IMG/VR virus record: IMGVR_UViG_3300037991_001422
Coordinates: 1-24,894 of that record
DNA: 24,894 nucleotides
Source: a virus
Taxonomy: Duplodnaviria > Caudoviricetes
Direction: 5' to 3' (one strand)
The notes beneath the pieces were generated by a model that was not told the origin of the DNA, ran no database searches, and worked only from the letters and a program-made list of their open reading frames with translations. Below, piece after piece: positions 8,701-18,378 of this stretch; within the stretch, counting starts at the first letter, position 1, and the number at the start of each line of letters is the position of its first letter. Both the position numbers and the translations under genes were made by a program.

Positions 8701-10798
8701 TGCCATCAGCAACCAAACCATAACGACCATAGTCAGTCGTACAGTTACTAAGGTTAACACGGCCACCATTCAGTGACTTACAGTGGTAGTGAGTGAAGGT
8801 TCCGAAGAACGACACAAACTGAGCATAGGCGTTGTTACACACCAATGCACCAGGACCGTCCAGGTTGATCTGAGTGAACGAGTCAACCACCATAGACCGC
8901 AGGGGAGACGTGCTAGAGACGGCGTTACCGTCAATAAACATGCCACCGCCAGTCGGTGAGGAGGTTCGGTCACCACCAAAACCACCTTGGTTTACGTTGT
9001 TAGGGTCAAAGAACCCACCAAGGCTGTTGTTAGCGTTGTATTCAGCTTGAGTGTGGTTGTAGATCCCACTATCCATGAACGTTGTACAGTTCTGGATGTA
9101 AGGGCTCTTGTAGATGACTGAGTTTGGATAGAAGCTAATAGCCCATCCCTGGTTTGCTGGCAGACCGTAGGTCGGATCACTATCAACAGCGTGACCACCA
9201 CGGGTGCCACTTGCCTTCATACCTGCCATCGAGAAGTTGGCAATCTGAGTACCGCTGTTGACACGGAACAAGACGCTTTCTTCAGTTGCAGGAGTCGGGT
9301 GTACGAAACAGCTACGGAGAGACTGACCAATGATCGACAGGTTGTTAACCGTGATGTCAATAGGGGCAGCTTCTCGGTACACACCAGGAGCCACAAGCAC
9401 AATATCACCTGCATCAGCAGATGTTACAGCAGCTTTAATGGTTTTCATTGGGTCAATAACCCGGTGACCATCGTTCTGGTCATCACCGTTTACTGAATCA
9501 ACCCAGATAACGGTAGGCTGGGTGACAAACGTACCACCAGAAACAACCCCAAGCCAGTTAGAGCCATTCCAGATGTACAGGGTTTGGTCACCAGGGTGGT
9601 TGTACCACAGTTTACCAACTTGCCAGTCAGTTCCAGCAGGTGTAGTGCTCTGATACAGCACATCGTGACGCTTTTCAAGCGCACCAACAGTAGCCAAGGC
9701 ATCGTCCAGACCAACCCAAGAGGGAGATCCAGCATCCTGCTCAGCAGTTGTGATAATGTCATCAGGCTTGATCTTGCTGATGTCGACAGAACCGTCAGCA
9801 ATGCTCAGTTCTACCTCACCATCTGCAGTGTAGGTAGTGGTAACAGGGGTGGTAGATTGGATACGAACCACACCTTGCTGTGATGCAGTGCTACGATCCA
9901 CACCAACGGTGACTTCACCATCAGCAGTATAGGTTACGTTAGCAGCATCAGCCTGCTGAATCTTGACCACACCCTGCTGGGTTGCAGTACTCTTGTCAGC
10001 AGTGATGACAGCGTCACCAGCAGTGTAAGTCACGCCAATAGCATGACCCTCATTGATGGAGACCACACCTTTGTTGGTCTTAGAGCTGTCTTCACCAGCG
10101 ATAACAGCGTTACCGTTGGTATAGGTTACATCAATACCCTCACCTTCGTTGATTGTGACAGCACCTTTGTTAGTTTTGGAGCTATCCTCAACGGAGATGG
10201 TGACTTGCTTGTTAGAATTGCTACCACCTGTAACGTCAGTAAGGTCAATAGCCTCACCTTCCAACAGGTCATCAGTAATCACCTTACCCAGCTGGGCACG
10301 GTTGACTGCGTCGTCGTCAGTGTTAGCGTCTGCTACGTGCTCAACACGCAGACCACGTGCATCCAAAGACAAAGAGTTTTCCCTAGAAGGGGTCATACCA
10401 TCTTTAGCGGTATTGACACCCTCTTGAGCCATGAAGCGTACTTGCTCCAAAGCTTCGTTCAGTTCTTGGGCACGGATCGTGCTGCCAGGAACAAAGGTGA
10501 CTACAGAAGAGTCTTGAGTAGTACGCTCAATAAAAACAAACGCCCCATTGGTAGGGGCGCTATTGAACGCAATGGTTGTATCGTTAACAAAGGTGTAGTT
10601 AATCAGAGCTGTGCCCTGAGTAATGTCACCAGAGATAACTTGCGGGTGAGTCGGATCGGCAGTAGAAGCAGTATTCTGTTGTAGTTGAAGGACAGAGTCG
10701 ATGTAGACATCAACGTCAGCCTTCGCAATGTATTCAAATGGAAGCGTGAACTGGGTTTGTGTCCCGTTCGCGTCGTAAGTTTGTTTTGTAACTGCCAT
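5726..10798 (-). CDS. Long tail fibre/tailspike, T7 gp17-like N-terminus (1690 aa)
   Basis: N-terminal NGTQTQFTLPFEYI...DVDVYID...IERTT...F.PGSTIRAQELN...QE matches the T7 gp17 tail-attachment domain. Follows the gp16-like gene; has internal repeats and a beta-helix-like region. Confidence 0.9.
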   Translation of the reverse strand: MAVTKQTYDANGTQTQFTLPFEYIAKADVDVYIDSVLQLQQNTASTADPTHPQVISGDITQGTALINYTFVNDTTIAFNSAPTNGAFVFIERTTQDSSVVTFVPGSTIRAQELNEALEQVRFMAQEGVNTAKDGMTPSRENSLSLDARGLRVEHVADANTDDDAVNRAQLGKVITDDLLEGEAIDLTDVTGGSNSNKQVTISVEDSSKTNKGAVTINEGEGIDVTYTNGNAVIAGEDSSKTNKGVVSINEGHAIGVTYTAGDAVITADKSTATQQGVVKIQQADAANVTYTADGEVTVGVDRSTASQQGVVRIQSTTPVTTTYTADGEVELSIADGSVDISKIKPDDIITTAEQDAGSPSWVGLDDALATVGALEKRHDVLYQSTTPAGTDWQVGKLWYNHPGDQTLYIWNGSNWLGVVSGGTFVTQPTVIWVDSVNGDDQNDGHRVIDPMKTIKAAVTSADAGDIVLVAPGVYREAAPIDITVNNLSIIGQSLRSCFVHPTPATEESVLFRVNSGTQIANFSMAGMKASGTRGGHAVDSDPTYGLPANQGWAISFYPNSVIYKSPYIQNCTTFMDSGIYNHTQAEYNANNSLGGFFDPNNVNQGGFGGDRTSSPTGGGMFIDGNAVSSTSPLRSMVVDSFTQINLDGPGALVCNNAYAQFVSFFGTFTHYHCKSLNGGRVNLSNCTTDYGRYGLVADGKSSSPIYSSTAQAAASAGDTYVDIAVASAPSGWFGSGTHATRPADDMLMEIGSDIYTITGSTTLGTEQNPTGYRVNVVRTRASNRSINDGLINAVSSGATVNFYFRSYISSGGHTFEYVGAGTDYDAAPENGGQPIEANRVIERNNGAVWQSSTDHNGKFTVGNFMVVDQKSGLCTINNINGLAFPSSDGQQNQVLSTDGNGTLSWQALNSLGGTGSQVLISPTAPTASSYDEGTLWWNSDDTDGSLYVNYDDPSGGGASGKIWIAATPQGGGGGGGINNLSEDTSPELGGDLDVLTYDIVSSSNRNIDLDPNGSGSVVVKGNSTRGSGDITLNCEFNSHGVKLKGPAHSAGATYTMTLPTAMPSSTGKMLTSDTNGNLSFADPVPSSSITSTELASGSVTSAKLANDITIAGNLTVNGTTTTVNSTTLTVDDKNIELGSVSTPSDTTADGGGITLKGATDKTIVWSNSTDSWTFNQPVVISPGGTERLRFGSLGQVGIAGANYGTTGQVLMSGGSSAAPTWGDISASPTVQATASGTLADGTKVVVNTDGTVSAVTQTSSNTPSFGSAITAAPGSTDISELAYNSTTGRVVYVYVNTNNHIEAVTGTISGSTINWATPVTAFASFGNNLALVSHPSDNRIVLFFRNISGTGSYVRGVINNDGSITFTSASLFSNNSVLYCTAAFTPTGDRIAIGWSENGQSKVLSCKWNTDNSLSQFSNVSSVSSNTAYYHKIVFNSTENVFVYCRTEGSNLAIMNFSINSSNGNMSFHTGTNVTTSVAGDFDVAYDSNVNKVFFFYQHNQVAQLRGYATPSSGFTADAAIQVYSVGIEGPSITFDDHNNKLLLLYKQSGANNGQHSVAVATGSGTTVTSYGQFSTQYMYTRSSVDGPNGFILFSANPASSPYTPKIFTVDIQPTSTNLTAANFIGISNGAYTNGQTATIQVVGSVDDAQSGLTAGTKYFVQPDGTLATSAGTPSVEAGVALSSTKLLIK
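9794..10189 (-). repeat. Four tandem ~32-33 aa repeats in the tail fibre
   Basis: EDSSKTNKGAVTINEGEGIDVTYT.. / EDSSKTNKGVVSINEGHAIGVTYT.. / DKSTATQQGVVKIQQADAANVTYTADGEV.. / DRSTASQQGVVRIQSTTPVTTTYTADGEV.. Confidence 0.85.
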
Positions 10799-13700
10799 TA
10801 TTTGGGCATGTCAAGGAGTTCTTTAATGCGGTCCAGTTGCCCAGTTTGACTGAGTTTCTGGGTGGTACGGCGGGTTTCAATACGGTCATAGAGTTCAGGG
10901 TTTTCACGCTTCAGCTTTGCAACTGCAATCTGTTTTGCCTTCTTGAACTCTTCGTCCACCAGTTGGTAGAACTTCATCTTGAACAAATCAGCACCTTCAC
11001 TGATGCTGATGTTTGCTTTCTTATATTCATCAAATGCTTTACGCCAGTAGGGATCTTTGACCATCACTCTTTCAAGTCGAGCACGTAAATCACCCATAGA
11101 CATGAGCCTGCTCAGCTCAGACTTCTCGTAAGCGTTCAGAGGCACACCATCAATCTTAGACAAGATCTCAGGCATGTTGTAACGCATCTCTACAAGACCT
11201 TGCTTAATAGGATCGTTTGTAATATCAGTCACAGCAATAGGACTGAAGGCGTTGAAGACACGGAGAAGGGGATTCTCAGCAGCCAAGGACAACGCTTTAC
11301 CAGACCTATCCTTAGACAAAATGTCGTGTTGGTTAGGCAGGAAAGCTTTGACAAACGGATCACGCTTGAAGATCATCTCTCCAAGAGTGGTAGCTTCTTT
11401 ACGGTTAGCGTCCATAAGATCGCCAATCTGTCCCATCAATCCAGCATAAGGAAGGTGAGAGCGGATAAACTTAGCACCAGTTAGTTTGATGCGCTGCTCT
11501 GCTGTGTCTTGATTCATCAGGCTAGCCAGGTCTTCGACACCAGCAAGCATAGACTTATCCACAATCACAGCCGATGTCATAAACACCAGCTTCTGCATCC
11601 AGTTCTCAACAGTCTTTTCGCCCAGAGTATTGGCATTCTGGACAACGTTTGCAGCCATGGCAAACAGAGTGTTGAAGGGTTCCAGATCGTTGTAGCCCAT
11701 GTAGATGGTCTTGCCACCCACCTCAAACTTGTAAGAGTAGGGCTTTTTACCAGCTGCTTCCCATGCAGCACGGTCTTCCTTGTTGTAAGGATAGTCGCCA
11801 GTCAGGTTACCAGACAGAGCAGCGATGGTAGCCATACCCATGATCGTAGATCCCATGGCAATACGACCTTCCATCAAGGCTCGCTCTTGACCAACAGTCT
11901 TAGCAGTCAGTCCATACTCCTCAAGGTTCCTGCCGATTGCCCCAGTTTTAGGGTCAACGTACATCAGATCCTTGTACTTTTTATGGAAGACAGCCAGCGG
12001 AGTGTGCTGGAACGTCAGGTTCAAAGCATTGAAACCAGTACGAACAAACGGGAAGAAGGCATTCATCATTGGGAGTTTGCCAATCAGCTCCCAACCTTTC
12101 ATGTTGCCTTGCAACGCTGTCGTCATAGCGGCTTCGTCACCAGCCATCTTAGCAGCTTTGTCAGTTACGATGAACTGTCCGTCACGGTTCTTCTTAAAGA
12201 TCTCATCACGGAAGTTTTCTTCATACTTACGGACAAACGCCTTAACATCTTTAGGGTCAATACCTTGGTCCAACGCAGCAATAGCAGCGTTCTGACGCAT
12301 CTGCATACGACCAACTACCGTACGGGCTAGTGCGTCACCAGCACCCATGGCGTTTTGGCTGTACTTAACAAGAGGGTTAGTATTGAAGTTGACAATGGTA
12401 TCCATCATACCATAGGCTTTCTTCTGAGCGTTAGTACCATACTCCTCATAAAAAGGAGCTAGAGCCTTCCACTCATCCATCTCAGCCTCAACGTCAAACC
12501 TACCATCGTAAGGCAGGTTCTTACGGTTCAAGCCTTGATCCCAGGCATACTTAAACATACGCCATCCTTCTGCTAAAGCCTGTCCGTAACCATCCATCTG
12601 GACAGCTGCAAGCAGCATATCTCTTTCGCTGAAACCGTCTGACTTACCAACCATCTTTTTAATGCCTTGAGCATAAGTAGCTCCAAGGTAAGCTTGAAGA
12701 GGACGAATCAGAGCAATCAGGTTGGTACCTGTGATAGCTTTGATAGGAGTCTTGAGAGAACTCAGAATGGAGTTGTAGAACATAGAGGCAGTCTGAGTCC
12801 GTGCTTCACCACGAATCGTAATGCCATCCATTTCTCCACCTCTGATACGTGCGGTCAGAAACTCTTTAATCTGAGCCATGACACGGACACGTCCACCAGA
12901 CAAGGCATTCATCTCCATCAGAGCTTTGATGGACTTCTGATCGCCTCTCTCTAGAAGTGCCTTAAGTTCACCGTTAAACTCATCAGCTTCTTTGTCAATC
13001 TCTGCCAAACGTTTTTGTGTGGCATCTCGGAGATCTTTGGGCATCAGGTTAACTTGCTGATACTTACCATCTAAACCCCAGAAGTAGCCAATCTTTTTAT
13101 GCTCTTTTAGCGCCACAGTCATGGCATCAAAGACAATCTCACCCTGCTTTCTAATAGACAAGCCTTCTTCAGCCAGCTGGAAAGTACCAGCTGAGATAGC
13201 TTGGACTTGCTTAGCCAAGGAGTTGATAGTCAGCTGCAGGGCTGCTTTCTGTGCAGGAGAAGCAGTAATGATACGGTTGCCTGCGTTGATGTAAACACGG
13301 GCGTTAGCATCAGCACCTTCTTCAAAGTACTTAGCAAAGCCAGCAGCGATGTCACCGCCAGCATCAATGATCTCACTGAGGTCAGCTGCTGTAGCAAGCG
13401 TCATCATCTTGATCTGATCAAAGCTGAAGGTGTTACCTGCTTCTTTGAAGACATCATCAGCCATCGAGTTGATAGCTTCGTCAAGGTACTCCTGGATGTT
13501 CTTGTCACCACGAGCGATAGCCTTCAGTGCAGACTCAGTAAACAGAGGGATGTAAGACTTAGCCTGTCCATCACCCAGCTTCATGTTCTGCATCAGGTCA
13601 TTAACGTGAGCAGCAAAGCCACCAGACTGAACAACTGCCTTATCTACATCATCGTAGAGCTGGGGCTGAACATCAGGAGTGGTAGTTTCTCCCTCTTTGA

Positions 13701-14607
13701 TAGCAGCTTCTCTGCGCTCATCAGCAGCTTTGTTCTGATTAGCTTGACCTTCTTCTACAGTTTTTTTATATTCTGCGTTGCCTTCAGCGTTTGCTTGTTC
13801 TGGAGTCTTGCCTTCCTTAAGAGCTTGCTTGGCTTTGAACCTGCCTCGGATAAATCCAGCCAGTGCCCAGCCAATGTGAGCAAGTCCCATACCCTCAGTG
13901 GTAGTCTTGATACGAGCTACCCAAGGGTTATCTTCTTCATCAATAGCCAGGGCATTGCTAAAAGGGTTAGCCAGCCAAGGCACATCTTGAATCAGGTTAG
14001 AAAGGTTCTCTTCTTCAGAGCTGCTAGAAATAAGATCAGCAGCAGCACCTTCAGAAGCTACCTTAGCAGACTTACCTACAAACTGCAGCAGACGGTTACC
14101 AGAACTGTACTGCTTCCAAGCGTTGGTAGCTTTCGCAGCAACACCTACGCCACGGGCTAGACCGCCTACACCACCAGTACCGATGCTCAGCAGACCAAAC
14201 TCAACCAAGCTCCTACCTACTTTACCTAAGGCGGTTTTGTTTTCAGGAGCCCAATCATCAGGCAGGTCAAGCCAACCAGCATCACCCTCTACATACTCAG
14301 AGCTGAAAGGGTTCTGGGTGTTGTCAATAGGACGACCGAACAGCGAGTTGAAACCAGTCTTGAACGTGTCACCTGCCAGTTCAGCAAAGTCACCAACGCT
14401 CTCAACTGCCTGTGCGCCACCACCTCTGATGGCTGCACCTGTTTCAGAAACGACAAGTCCTAGTCCTTGAGGTTCAGCAGCCTTGGCTTCCTCAGCTGCC
14501 TTCTTCTCCTCATCTTCTTGCAGGAGCTGCTCTCCTGTCATCTCCCTGATCGGGTCCAGGTAGGACCCAATGGGAGTATTCATGTCAATGTTAAGATCTT
14601 CTTCCAT
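10798..14607 (-). CDS. Internal virion protein, T7 gp16-like (1269 aa)
   Basis: Size, helical composition and position between the gp15-like gene and the fibre. FFPFVRTGFN and YNDLEPFNTL motifs resemble those of podovirus large ejection proteins. Confidence 0.75.
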   Translation of the reverse strand: MEEDLNIDMNTPIGSYLDPIREMTGEQLLQEDEEKKAAEEAKAAEPQGLGLVVSETGAAIRGGGAQAVESVGDFAELAGDTFKTGFNSLFGRPIDNTQNPFSSEYVEGDAGWLDLPDDWAPENKTALGKVGRSLVEFGLLSIGTGGVGGLARGVGVAAKATNAWKQYSSGNRLLQFVGKSAKVASEGAAADLISSSSEEENLSNLIQDVPWLANPFSNALAIDEEDNPWVARIKTTTEGMGLAHIGWALAGFIRGRFKAKQALKEGKTPEQANAEGNAEYKKTVEEGQANQNKAADERREAAIKEGETTTPDVQPQLYDDVDKAVVQSGGFAAHVNDLMQNMKLGDGQAKSYIPLFTESALKAIARGDKNIQEYLDEAINSMADDVFKEAGNTFSFDQIKMMTLATAADLSEIIDAGGDIAAGFAKYFEEGADANARVYINAGNRIITASPAQKAALQLTINSLAKQVQAISAGTFQLAEEGLSIRKQGEIVFDAMTVALKEHKKIGYFWGLDGKYQQVNLMPKDLRDATQKRLAEIDKEADEFNGELKALLERGDQKSIKALMEMNALSGGRVRVMAQIKEFLTARIRGGEMDGITIRGEARTQTASMFYNSILSSLKTPIKAITGTNLIALIRPLQAYLGATYAQGIKKMVGKSDGFSERDMLLAAVQMDGYGQALAEGWRMFKYAWDQGLNRKNLPYDGRFDVEAEMDEWKALAPFYEEYGTNAQKKAYGMMDTIVNFNTNPLVKYSQNAMGAGDALARTVVGRMQMRQNAAIAALDQGIDPKDVKAFVRKYEENFRDEIFKKNRDGQFIVTDKAAKMAGDEAAMTTALQGNMKGWELIGKLPMMNAFFPFVRTGFNALNLTFQHTPLAVFHKKYKDLMYVDPKTGAIGRNLEEYGLTAKTVGQERALMEGRIAMGSTIMGMATIAALSGNLTGDYPYNKEDRAAWEAAGKKPYSYKFEVGGKTIYMGYNDLEPFNTLFAMAANVVQNANTLGEKTVENWMQKLVFMTSAVIVDKSMLAGVEDLASLMNQDTAEQRIKLTGAKFIRSHLPYAGLMGQIGDLMDANRKEATTLGEMIFKRDPFVKAFLPNQHDILSKDRSGKALSLAAENPLLRVFNAFSPIAVTDITNDPIKQGLVEMRYNMPEILSKIDGVPLNAYEKSELSRLMSMGDLRARLERVMVKDPYWRKAFDEYKKANISISEGADLFKMKFYQLVDEEFKKAKQIAVAKLKRENPELYDRIETRRTTQKLSQTGQLDRIKELLDMPK

Positions 14608-17216
14608 CAGTTGTAACGATTAAGAACGGAGGTGGTGTATTGCTGCATATTAGGGTCTACTGTGGTGGGACCTTTGATGTCGGGATTGTCATACTCTCCC
14701 ATTGTACTGCCACCACCATACCATGCAGCAGCTACCATACGAACCACAAGGTTAGGATCGTTGGTCTGCTGATACGCTTCTTTAATGTACTGATTGAGTT
14801 GCCAATCAGCCAGCTGTTCTTGCAACCGATGGTTTTTCAAGAAAGCGTTCTGGCTTACAGGGACAGGATAACCTGCTTTCCTACACCATTCTTGTACGTT
14901 TTTCCAGAGGATCTGGTACTTACCCAGAGCAGGATTCTCTTTGCCATAGGCAGTCTTGTTGTAAGCACCGTAGTCATTGCTTGACTCCTGCATACCCAGA
15001 GCACGCTTCATGCCACGTGCACTGACCAAACCCATCTCGCGTTGAGACCTCTCAATATTGTTAGGAGTGGGATTCTGGGCAAGCATACGCTTGATATGCG
15101 GATATTTATCTAGCTCCTTCTGCAGCAACACAGCCTCTTGGGGAGGCTCCAGGGGCTCAGCTTCAGGGTTCTGCAGTCTGCGTTGAGCATTCAGCATTTC
15201 CCATGGCGTCACACCTTGGAGAGCAGCTAGATCAGCGATAAAGGGACGAGGATAACCCCCAGCGGTAAGAGTGAGATCCTGAGCAGTGAGCCCAAGATTG
15301 GTTTCAAGGAGGTTGTCACCCCTTGCATCAGCGGTTTTTGCATTTTTGTAAACGGTTCTGTAGCGTTCAAGGGTAGCCTTTTGGATGCCTTCGGTAGCGA
15401 GCTGATCAAACTTCTTAAATCCTTCACCAGAGCTGTTGTAGAAATCCTTGTATTCAGGGAAATCTTTGAGCCCATTTTCGCCATTGACACCAATAATACC
15501 CTCAGCAATAGACTGACCAGCCTGCTTGATAGCGTCAGCCTCACTCAACGTTTGACCCTGCTCTGCAGCAAGGCGTTGCAGTTGACGAGCCTTAGCCATG
15601 ACGCGGCGTTGTGCTGCTGTACGGGCACGACCAGTGGCAAGAGTGTTGATGCCAAACTTGGTGTTCTCTTTAGAAACCTGAGCAATAGCTCTTTCGATTT
15701 CTTCGTTGGCACTCGTGACAGCTGCAACAGCGTCCTTGCCCATAGGCTTCTCAGCAATAATGCCTTGCTCAATACCTTCTGCAATGATGTTAAGGTCTAG
15801 TCCTTCAACTGCAGACCGAGGAATCTGTGCACCGTCTTTACCGTCAGTGACTCCAAACTGTTCCTTGAGTTCGTTGATGCGTGTCTGAGAGTCAGACGCA
15901 CTAGCGATAGCTGGTGTCATTGCTTCCAGCAGTCCCAGCATCATCTCACGTTGATCAGGATGCTTCTTGTAGAACTCAGCAACCAGCTTCATCTTGTCAG
16001 CTTCAGTGGTGCTAGGGTCTCTGTAGACCTCCAGAATAGCATCTCGCAGCTCTGTAGCTGCTACTGTATCAGCAGCTTGATCAAGACGGAACCGATCGAT
16101 CCTAGCCTTTGTAGCTACAGCATCAATAGATGCATCGCTGAACTCATCACCATAGAGTTCTTGCAAGGACTTCTTACCAGAGGGGTGATCAAGTTTGTGC
16201 TCACGCAGAGCTTTCTTAATCTCATCAGCCCGCTCAGGGTTAGCTGCGATCACAGCATCAATCTGGCTACGCAGTTGCAGACGAGCAGCACGCTTGCCTG
16301 TGCCTCGCTTGCCACCAATAGTCTCTAGATTATCAGAGGCAGTCTGAAGCCAGGTGTCAAACTGTGCACCCATCTGCTTAGCGTCACCGTCCTGCAGAAC
16401 ATTGTGCAGAAGGTTCTCTTGTGCATCCAGGTGCTCTTCAGCAGCCTCCAGCTCCAGACCTTGAATCTCTTCACGGCGGTGGATCTGTGAGTTCTCAAGA
16501 ACCTTATCAGTCAGGTACTTGTTGACAACCTTGGAGCTGAGGTTACCAGGATTGCTGTCCTTGAGGTACTCAGCTTGCAGGTACTTGAGTGCAGCGTCAT
16601 ACTGCTCCAAGCCCTCGTAGTCCTTGATTGCAAACTCGTTACCTTGAGCATCAGTGATGACAGTCTCGTTGCTGTCAAGCTCAGCCTCAAGGTGAGCATC
16701 CCAACCGTTTGCTCTTTCTTTGAGTCCTCCAATCTCCCAGCCCATGCGCTCATAGGTGGAGAGAGAACGGACCTTTTCTTTGGCTTCAGCAGTAGGAGCC
16801 TTCTGAGCTTCTGCCTCCACACGGTTGTGCAGCTCTTGGTTAGCAGCCAAGGCTTCATCAACTTCTTTGTTTTCTTGAGCAGCTAGCTCAGGATTGGTAG
16901 CACGCAGCTCGATGCCACGTTGAATACCTTCTTCTTTACGCTGTTTCTCAAACTCCAGGTAGTCTTCCTGAAGAGTCCTTTTAATAGTGTTGCTAAATTT
17001 AGAGAGAGCTTGCAGCTCGTACTGAGAGTTAGATGATTGAATGTCACTAACTCTTTTCATTTCTCGGATTTGCTGAGACGCTTGCGTCTCCATTCCTTGG
17101 ATCCGTTCCCTACCACGCTGTTCAAGTTGAGCAGCCTCCTGGCGCATACGCTTGGAGGGGTCAATGACCTGGCGGTTACGGAAACCAATGGACTGTGCAC
17201 TACCTTGGTATGCCAT
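14607..17216 (-). CDS. Internal virion protein, T7 gp15-like, with C-terminal lysozyme-like domain (869 aa)
   Basis: Synteny and helical body. C-terminal QESSNDYGAYN...ALGKYQI...AAAWYGG resembles the lytic transglycosylase/lysozyme superfamily. Confidence 0.75.
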   Translation of the reverse strand: MAYQGSAQSIGFRNRQVIDPSKRMRQEAAQLEQRGRERIQGMETQASQQIREMKRVSDIQSSNSQYELQALSKFSNTIKRTLQEDYLEFEKQRKEEGIQRGIELRATNPELAAQENKEVDEALAANQELHNRVEAEAQKAPTAEAKEKVRSLSTYERMGWEIGGLKERANGWDAHLEAELDSNETVITDAQGNEFAIKDYEGLEQYDAALKYLQAEYLKDSNPGNLSSKVVNKYLTDKVLENSQIHRREEIQGLELEAAEEHLDAQENLLHNVLQDGDAKQMGAQFDTWLQTASDNLETIGGKRGTGKRAARLQLRSQIDAVIAANPERADEIKKALREHKLDHPSGKKSLQELYGDEFSDASIDAVATKARIDRFRLDQAADTVAATELRDAILEVYRDPSTTEADKMKLVAEFYKKHPDQREMMLGLLEAMTPAIASASDSQTRINELKEQFGVTDGKDGAQIPRSAVEGLDLNIIAEGIEQGIIAEKPMGKDAVAAVTSANEEIERAIAQVSKENTKFGINTLATGRARTAAQRRVMAKARQLQRLAAEQGQTLSEADAIKQAGQSIAEGIIGVNGENGLKDFPEYKDFYNSSGEGFKKFDQLATEGIQKATLERYRTVYKNAKTADARGDNLLETNLGLTAQDLTLTAGGYPRPFIADLAALQGVTPWEMLNAQRRLQNPEAEPLEPPQEAVLLQKELDKYPHIKRMLAQNPTPNNIERSQREMGLVSARGMKRALGMQESSNDYGAYNKTAYGKENPALGKYQILWKNVQEWCRKAGYPVPVSQNAFLKNHRLQEQLADWQLNQYIKEAYQQTNDPNLVVRMVAAAWYGGGSTMGEYDNPDIKGPTTVDPNMQQYTTSVLNRYN

Positions 17217-17218
17217 TG

Positions 17219-17932
17219 TTAACCTTTAAGTGTTCTGTAAGTACCGATACCGGCGCTTGCGCCGTCAATACCTGCTCCCAGCAAGGACCCAGCCAACGCA
17301 AGTCCCGAAGGACCCTTGGCTTTGATAGGTTTGACAGGCAGGAAGGAGGCTTCTGGTGAGAGTGGAGCGGCAGGTAGATTGTTCCATGCAGAAACATTAG
17401 CAGCGTTCTGATCGAGAAGGATACCTTCACGCTCAACGCCTGCAGCCGTAGCAGCATCGTAGAGGGTTTGGTTGATCTGAGCCTGCTCAAAGCCAAGCTG
17501 ACGCTGAGCATCCATGGCTTGCAGGAGGAAGGACTGACCAGCTTTACCGCTAGCAAGTACTTCACCTTGAGCTTGGATAGCAGCTGCTAGTTTAGTCTGA
17601 GCATCAAACGCTGCACCTGCTCGTTTTTCATTTAGTTTTTGATTAGAGGAAGCCAGTGCTCGGTTAGCTTCAGTCTGGTTAGCAGTGAGCTGGGCATAGT
17701 ATGCATTTTTAGCAGCAGTATCTGCCTTCAGTTCTGCCTGATACACACGTCCCTTTTCACGGTCTCGCGCTGCAGCAATCTGCAGATCACGTTGATACTG
17801 TTGCTGAGCAATAGCGTTGGACCTAGCCACCGCCGCCTGCTGAGATTGGTGAGCACCGATGGCTTGCATACCACCAGCTGCTGCAGTACCAAAACCCATG
17901 ACAAGAGAGGTGGTAGTTATTGGTTCACACAT
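17219..17932 (-). CDS. Internal virion protein, T7 gp14-like (237 aa)
   Basis: MCEP N-terminus, Ala/Gln/Gly-rich, located after the gp13-like gene. Confidence 0.75.
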   Translation of the reverse strand: MCEPITTTSLVMGFGTAAAGGMQAIGAHQSQQAAVARSNAIAQQQYQRDLQIAAARDREKGRVYQAELKADTAAKNAYYAQLTANQTEANRALASSNQKLNEKRAGAAFDAQTKLAAAIQAQGEVLASGKAGQSFLLQAMDAQRQLGFEQAQINQTLYDAATAAGVEREGILLDQNAANVSAWNNLPAAPLSPEASFLPVKPIKAKGPSGLALAGSLLGAGIDGASAGIGTYRTLKG

Positions 17933-18378
17933 AGTTTAATAAATTGAATCAGGGGGACACCGTTGTGAACGTGATAGTTGATAAATGTAAACTTAAGAAG
18001 CTTGAGCAACTTGATATGGCTCTCATTCCTCATGTCTGCATGATTATACAGGTATGGGTTATGGAGACTGTCAAGCCACCTTCTAGCTTCTCTTACGAAT
18101 GTATGCGGATATTCTTCACTGGCTTTAGTACATAACATCCAGATCTTATTGTCTGGTGTTACGCCTGCCACACCGGCAGCCTTGCCGTTGGGCACAGTGA
18201 AATAGACAGAGAAAGCAGAACGATAGTAAGACTCCAGGACTGCTGCCGGAGCAGTCAGCCCTGTGGTCTCTTCTACTTCTCTGATGTCTTCCCAACGCAG
18301 ATTCTCGCCAACTTCTAGAGCTAGCTGAGGGGTGCATGGTTGAATGTAATTACCGACGTATGTGTCGTTTGTTGTCAT
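17917..18378 (-). CDS. T7 gp13-like protein (acetyltransferase-like fold, 153 aa)
   Basis: NLRWEDIREV...AGVAGV...IWMLCT...LYNHADMRNESHIKLLKLLKFTF pattern; directly after tail tubular B. Confidence 0.75.
   Translation of the reverse strand: MTTNDTYVGNYIQPCTPQLALEVGENLRWEDIREVEETTGLTAPAAVLESYYRSAFSVYFTVPNGKAAGVAGVTPDNKIWMLCTKASEEYPHTFVREARRWLDSLHNPYLYNHADMRNESHIKLLKLLKFTFINYHVHNGVPLIQFIKLCVNQ

Noticed and set aside
3350-10798. Diversity-generating retroelement or invertible tail-fibre cassette
   Set aside because: No reverse transcriptase, recombinase, template/variable repeat pair or flanking inverted repeats seen in this window.
10043-14160. Long plus-strand ORFs (213, 273 and 319 aa) and the other antisense ORFs
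   Set aside because: All are shadows of well-supported minus-strand structural genes.
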